A stretch of 64,000 nucleotides of DNA from Bugula neritina (Eukaryota > Animalia > Bryozoa). The stretch spans positions 26,225,504 to 26,289,503 of the forward strand of contig OZ037765.1 in NCBI GenBank assembly GCA_964035545.1, read 5' to 3'. Positions within the stretch are counted from its first letter, which is position 1. The number at the start of each line of letters is the position of its first letter. Below are positions 58,401-64,000 of this stretch, piece by piece. Under the pieces are notes generated by a model. The model was given only the letters and a program-made list of their open reading frames with translations, did not search any database and was not told where the DNA came from. The translations under genes were made by a program, and so were the position numbers.

Positions 58401-61387
58401 TACACATAGATTATAAGCAACTAAATTATGATGATGTATTTTATGGATTGTATTAATTAGGAACTTGTGTGGCATATATTCTGAGACAGGTCTAATCAAT
58501 AGTTACAATGTCAAAAGTTTCAACATAAATGGCGAATTTATTGATTTTATGCTATTTGCAAAGAGATGGTTTCACATCAAGCCAAAATTTAAAAACCTTG
58601 AACAAATAACTTGTTTTCATATACTGCAGTTATTGTTAAAACAGCTTGAACATATTTTTGAGCATAAAGCTACACCTTTATCAGCTATTCAAGTTTTTCA
58701 TGAACAGCAATAAACACATGATATGAGCTCTCTAATATCCAAGAAACTTTGATTACATTGTTAGTACAAACGTATTTTGATTGTAGAATAAAAAAAGATT
58801 TGTCTGCAAAAAAGACTTATACAGATACTGAATTGAATGCTGCCATAGAAGCAATAAAATCTGGCACCATCGGAACTCGAAAGGCAGCCCATATGTATGG
58901 TGTGCCTCGTTCCACTTTGAGAAACAAGGTAGAAGATGATTATATGTTATTTACACTCGGCTGATGTTGCTTTTGGTTGTATAAAACAGCTGTACAATAT
59001 TGGTGACTACAGCTAAATCAATATCACCAATGTCATTTAAATTTAAAATTGACTTTGTCTTAGAGAAGACAACTAACAAAATTAAACCATGTAAATAGCT
59101 TTCGAATGCACTTTTTTACTTACAGGCATGTAAACTAGACAATAAAAGAAATAAGGCGTCTATGTTTATAATGTTATCTTTACTATTATTCATACATAAG
59201 TAATGCATTATTTTAGTTTAAAGATTATTAGTTGATTATTTGACAAATCATTAAACTTTCCTAGGGAGTTTTATTTTATTCCTTTTTGTTCTTGTTGGGT
59301 AAATATTCAAGCAGTTAAAACTGTTAAAAATCCTGACTTTAAGAATGTCTCAAAAAGTTATGGGTAGTACAATTTGCACATTTGATAATTCTCCAGAATT
59401 TTTCCTTATTGGCTGATATTGCTAGTGAGTTATTGGTCCATCAAATAAGCTTAACTGCTGTAACAAAAATTAAAAGTAGCCTTGCAGATTGTGTAGCACA
59501 TATGTTTTGCGTCAAAAATGCTACAAACTTTTCAAAGAATTTCTGATACCTGAGTAGATTTTTTATTTAAACTTTATAACCATTTGTTGTGATTCTATAT
59601 AAGCACTGGACCATTAAATTCCCCTGGGTGGAACGCCTAACAAATTTTAAATTACTGTTGTCTCCAAATAATAAAATGCTCACGTCTTGGGAGTTTTGTG
59701 ACACTACAAAGCTTTACCTTGTCTGATTTTATGGAGACAATGTTATGTAAATTTGGGCTAGTGATGGTTTTCTAAAGAAATAATAATGTATAATACCAAT
59801 GATGTCAAATCAACACTTTTTATGTAAATTCTATGTTGAAAATGATATTTCATAGTTCTACTGGGATTTTCCTGCTTGAATGATTTCATGCTCCATTGAT
59901 ATAGGCATAACACTAGGACTTGATAAATTTATTATACAAGTGTGAAGAATTAGTTTGCCCATTGTCATTAGGCGGCAGATAGGCTCTTGCTGCACATGTT
60001 TGAATCAATTTTAGACTTATGTCAAATTGGCTTGTAGGTGTGTAAGTCAACAGAAATGAGTAGACAAGTGGCAGAATATTCTGGAACATTGAGTGAAACA
60101 GCAGGATTAAATGGCAGTTCCGAATCTCCTCCATTATCCAAATCTGATAGTGAAAGTCAGACGTCTTCACCTAACAATAAACACTCACAACAAAAGACTA
60201 GAACTGGGAACGGCACAACACATACCATGGCACAGTACAACAATATCTTGGTGAAACAATTGGATGACTTGAAGGCAAAACAAGGTATCAATGATCATTT
60301 AAATATGCTTAACCACCACAACAGAATACTCGGTGAAATGTTGAACCCTCTACAATTCGCGGCAGCTGCCAGCTATCCTTTTTTCATGCCGCAGTATCCA
60401 GCACTTACAGGTATGACCGCATTTGACTACATGAATCCATATGCTTCATCCATGATGATGCCTTACCTTCCAGATTTAATGAAGAATTTCACTCAAAAAC
60501 AGTTAGAATCAGATAGAGCAGGCCAATTAGCTGCCAGTTTACAGCCCACAAGAAAATCAGAGCCAAATACTTCTAGCAAACAGACTAAAGTTTGCAAAGA
60601 TGATATTAAAGTTCCTGCATATAAACCTTCAATAAATCATGATCATCCAACATCACTAACAAAATCTCGAAGTAAATCACTGAGCAAAGACCAAACTGAA
60701 AACTTATCAGATTTGCCACCCAATTTTTCTACAGCTAGTTTCTTACAAAGGATGATGCCTTCGACAACGAGTGCAAGTGCCCCGAAACAATCTACAAATA
60801 CTCCAAGCAAACGTACTTTTGCAGAAGCCTCTCATAACTCATCACAGCAAATTCATTCCAGCCTACAAAATGGGTGCAACAGCGGTAAAAAGCGACCAAA
60901 AAGAGGGCAATATAGAAAATATGACAGTGAATTACTAGCACAAGCAGTGAGATCAGTACAGCGAGGAGAAATGAGTGTACACAGGGCAGGCACCCACTAT
61001 GGTGTACCACACTCTACACTTGAATATAAAGTCAAGGAAAGGCACCTTCTACGAAAAAAGAAAATTGCTGAAAATGGAGAGCATAAAGCCCATTTAGCTG
61101 TGCCCACACCGATCACAACAGCCGCAATTAGTATGACTACTTCTAACAACCCTCAAGAATTGCGCCAATCTAAAACTAAACTATCTAGCCCAAAGCTGGA
61201 GTCAAATGATTTGAACACTGATGTGTCCAGAAATAACGAAAACCTGGCTAAAGAACTTTTAAACATTCCAAAACCTTATAACTTGAACACATCAGCTTCA
61301 GATCTGTTGATGAAACTTCAAGATAAAGCACATCAAAATGCTATGAATGAAATCATAAATGGTGGAGAGAAAATGCCTGTAGAGTAA
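49476..61387 (+). CDS. E93: E93/Mblk-1/LCoR-family transcription factor with two Pipsqueak HTH domains (~718 aa); exons 49476-49569, 53177-53242, 55070-55309, 58109-58373, 58787-58928, 60038-61387
   Basis: N-terminal [31 protein letters not shown] and CIFC; HTH1 [10 protein letters not shown]...[20 protein letters not shown]; HTH2 [11 protein letters not shown]...[26 protein letters not shown]. Exon phases are compatible. Confidence 0.92.
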
Positions 61388-62032
61388 AGCATTTTGTCAA
61401 ATTTATTTCTACATGATATTAGTGAAGCTCTTGATATTATAGTTTGTAGATATTTGTTGCTTAGATGTATCTCTAGATATAAGAATCTCACCAAGCTTTC
61501 ATGTTATTATCAAATTTACAAATCTGTTGTTATTTTTTCACATTGTGTGTTGCTGAAACGTTTTATCTGAGATGTCCACTTTCTATCGTCCAAAACTAGC
61601 GAATTATATTTTAGTGTATAGATATTAAATATTATTTATTTAAAACTTTAAAATTATGAGTAAGCCTTCCAGTTTTTTCAGTAAATATTATTTTTGTTTA
61701 ATTATTGTGACACATTAAATTGATGTTGTCTTGTAAATAAAATGTTATCATTTTATACAGCTATACATTCACAGTAACTAACAGTTCATAAGGCAAAAAT
61801 ATTTTCAAAGCTTCTGTGGATGATAAAGAAGTTGCACAATAAATGATATGGCAGATAAATCAAATGACATATAACAAAATAATAATAAACCTAACATGTA
61901 ATGAGGCTAAAATTTAGGCATAAAATGTATTATCACATGCTACTTTAAAATGTTATGCTGTAAAGTAATGACTCTTGTAACTATAAATAAAACTGACATG
62001 AATAAGCATTTATAAAAACAATTATTGTAGAC

Positions 62033-63652
62033 TTAGTCTTCTCCGGCAAATATTTCCAAATCATCGAACAGTGAATTGGTAGCTTTTAGCATCAAATTCT
62101 GCAAATACCCAATAAGAAATAACTAGTGAGAACAGAAATATCATATATACATATATATTTAAATAAAAAGCAAAGGTAGAGAACACAGGCTAGAATAGGA
62201 AATCTTGCTGGTACCAAGCAAGTTTACAAAACATTTTGCAAAAGACTAGAATGGGAAATTGGTCAGATGTAATTTCGGCTAGTAGCCAAATGATGCTAGG
62301 CTTTCATGAACTCAATACAGACGAACTACAAACAGCCAAGTACTACAGCTATTTCCTATTTAATCACACTGCCTGCTTAATTAAGTCAAATAAAAACTAA
62401 CTTGAACTTTTAAAAAGGTTTAGAGTACAATTGCAGACAAGTTCTGCAATTATTTTAAAGTCAATTTTGTATAAATAGTAAAGTAAAAAGATTCAGCCAG
62501 AGTCAAAACTACGATATATGTTGTATAAACATTAGTGAATACGCACAAGGGTGTCAACACAAATGCTAATTATTTTACTGAACTAACAAATTTTAAATGA
62601 CTATTTTTTAAACTTATCCACCACATTATTAATAACCTGTCAACATACTTGCATGTGGTCTTGAAAAAAAAACAAAATGTTGACAAATAATTATATAATA
62701 CCATTAGCCATGTTATTAGGTGAAGGGACTAGTGGTGATTTTACTGCCCAACCAGTCAAATTATAAATTGAGCAGAAAGAATGGGGTAGTTCACAGCTGC
62801 TGGAACATTTCTGACCATCCCAGTGTTTTGTTTATTGAAAAGGTTAAGGCAAAGCTTAGACAACAATCTCTCTGCTTCATGGCTAATGGCGGCTAAATCG
62901 ATTAACAAATATTTTCAATAATGTAATTTGTCACGAATCATGTAAAACCTATGTTTTTGCGACAGTCAAACTATTGAAAAGTGCTAAATGAGCGCCACAT
63001 AAAGGTGTCATTTCTATTATATATTAATGACTAGATTTCTTCGGTAGAAGTTGTAAGGCTTTGACCACTTCCTCTATACACGGATTAACAAATTTTCTAG
63101 CGAACTGCTAAAGTTTCACAAACCGGCTTCCCGAGTTCATTTTTGAGCTAACCTGTTTTAAATACGAAAAAGTTGACTTGCACTAAGTATTGCTATCATA
63201 CTTTTAGTGATGACAGCAAGATAATGCTACGAATTTATTTTGGCATTTTTTTGTGGACATGATCATATGAATGTTTACAGCATTAGCAATTACAGAGACA
63301 CCAGCACTCGGACGTCACAATTCTATTTAAAGGTCAGTCGCACAAGCTTTGCCTTTCAAGAAACCTCAAAAATCCTGCGGCGGGACAAGCTGCTCCCAGC
63401 GTCTAATCTGTTCAACTACATACACACAGAACTATCAAACATGTCCACAGTTCACAGCGAGTACCCATACTCAGGTATACGAACCTTTTCATTGCACATA
63501 TGAAGTAGTGCCACAAATGCTATAGGTGGTGAGAGATCTTTTGCTTCATATGAGGGGGAGAGGTCTGGAAGTTTCTCGTATATCAACTGAAAGGAAACTC
63601 CGCCACTTTTAACACAAACTTTTGTATTTTCATCTTCTTCGGCTTTGTTTTC
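62033..63652 (-). CDS. NCAPH: Condensin I kleisin subunit CAP-H/Barren, last two exons (63652-63485, 62098-62033); gene continues beyond the window
   Basis: Hand translation (not in the ORF track): ...AKDLSPPIAFVALLHMCNEK|NLMLKATNSLFDDLEIFAGED*, matching the CAP-H C-terminal LS.P.AF..LLH..NEKNL.L motif; GT-AG phase-0 junction. Confidence 0.85.
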
Positions 63653-64000
63653 CTAACAAAAAAGTAATGGAATGATGCAATATAAAATTAGCAAGTCAAA
63701 AAGTGCGATAAGTCTAGACAGAGCTGTGGACTCTATAAAATCCCTTAAATTAATTAGATGATCGCTGGCATTAGTGCATTTGAATTTATTATAGCATTTG
63801 CTTAAATTATAATTCCTAAATTTATTGTAAAGCTAAACCACAGGAAAATGGCTTAAAATCTCTAATTTTAATAAACTCAGCCAAGATTGGAATGGGCGAA
63901 GATCCTACTTAGATCAGCAATACTTAATTACATGTTATATTGTTTTAATATTTATGTATATTAATAACTTATCTAGCAATGTAAACAGGTGGTACTTGTG

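Noticed and set aside
62750-63152. Additional NCAPH exon
   Set aside because: All three minus-strand frames contain stops, and the flanking exons join in frame without it.

Overview
AT-rich, intron-containing eukaryotic (invertebrate animal-like) DNA; the organism cannot be determined from the sequence. The left half holds a tandem array of three cytoplasmic poly(A)-binding protein (PABPC) genes on the + strand. Copy 1 is seen only at its 3' end (1-848). Copy 2 is complete (20686-23998, ~621 aa) with several substitutions at normally conserved residues. Copy 3 is complete (26203-29860, ~532 aa), strongly diverged but fully in frame. A ~19 kb transposon nest separates copies 1 and 2: Harbinger-type MITEs, a near-full-length RTE LINE with a 19-bp TSD, three partial Gypsy LTR elements (one with an extra zinc-finger/coiled-coil ORF before its polypurine tract), a CR1/L2-group LINE fragment and a second RTE fragment. 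The right half holds an SLC16/MCT-like transporter (-), TGFBRAP1/Vps3 (-), an E93/Mblk-1/LCoR-family transcription factor with two Psq HTH domains (+) and the 3' end of condensin I kleisin NCAPH (-). Exon structures were built by hand from splice signals and reading-frame continuity. Family calls rest on remembered motifs, not database searches.
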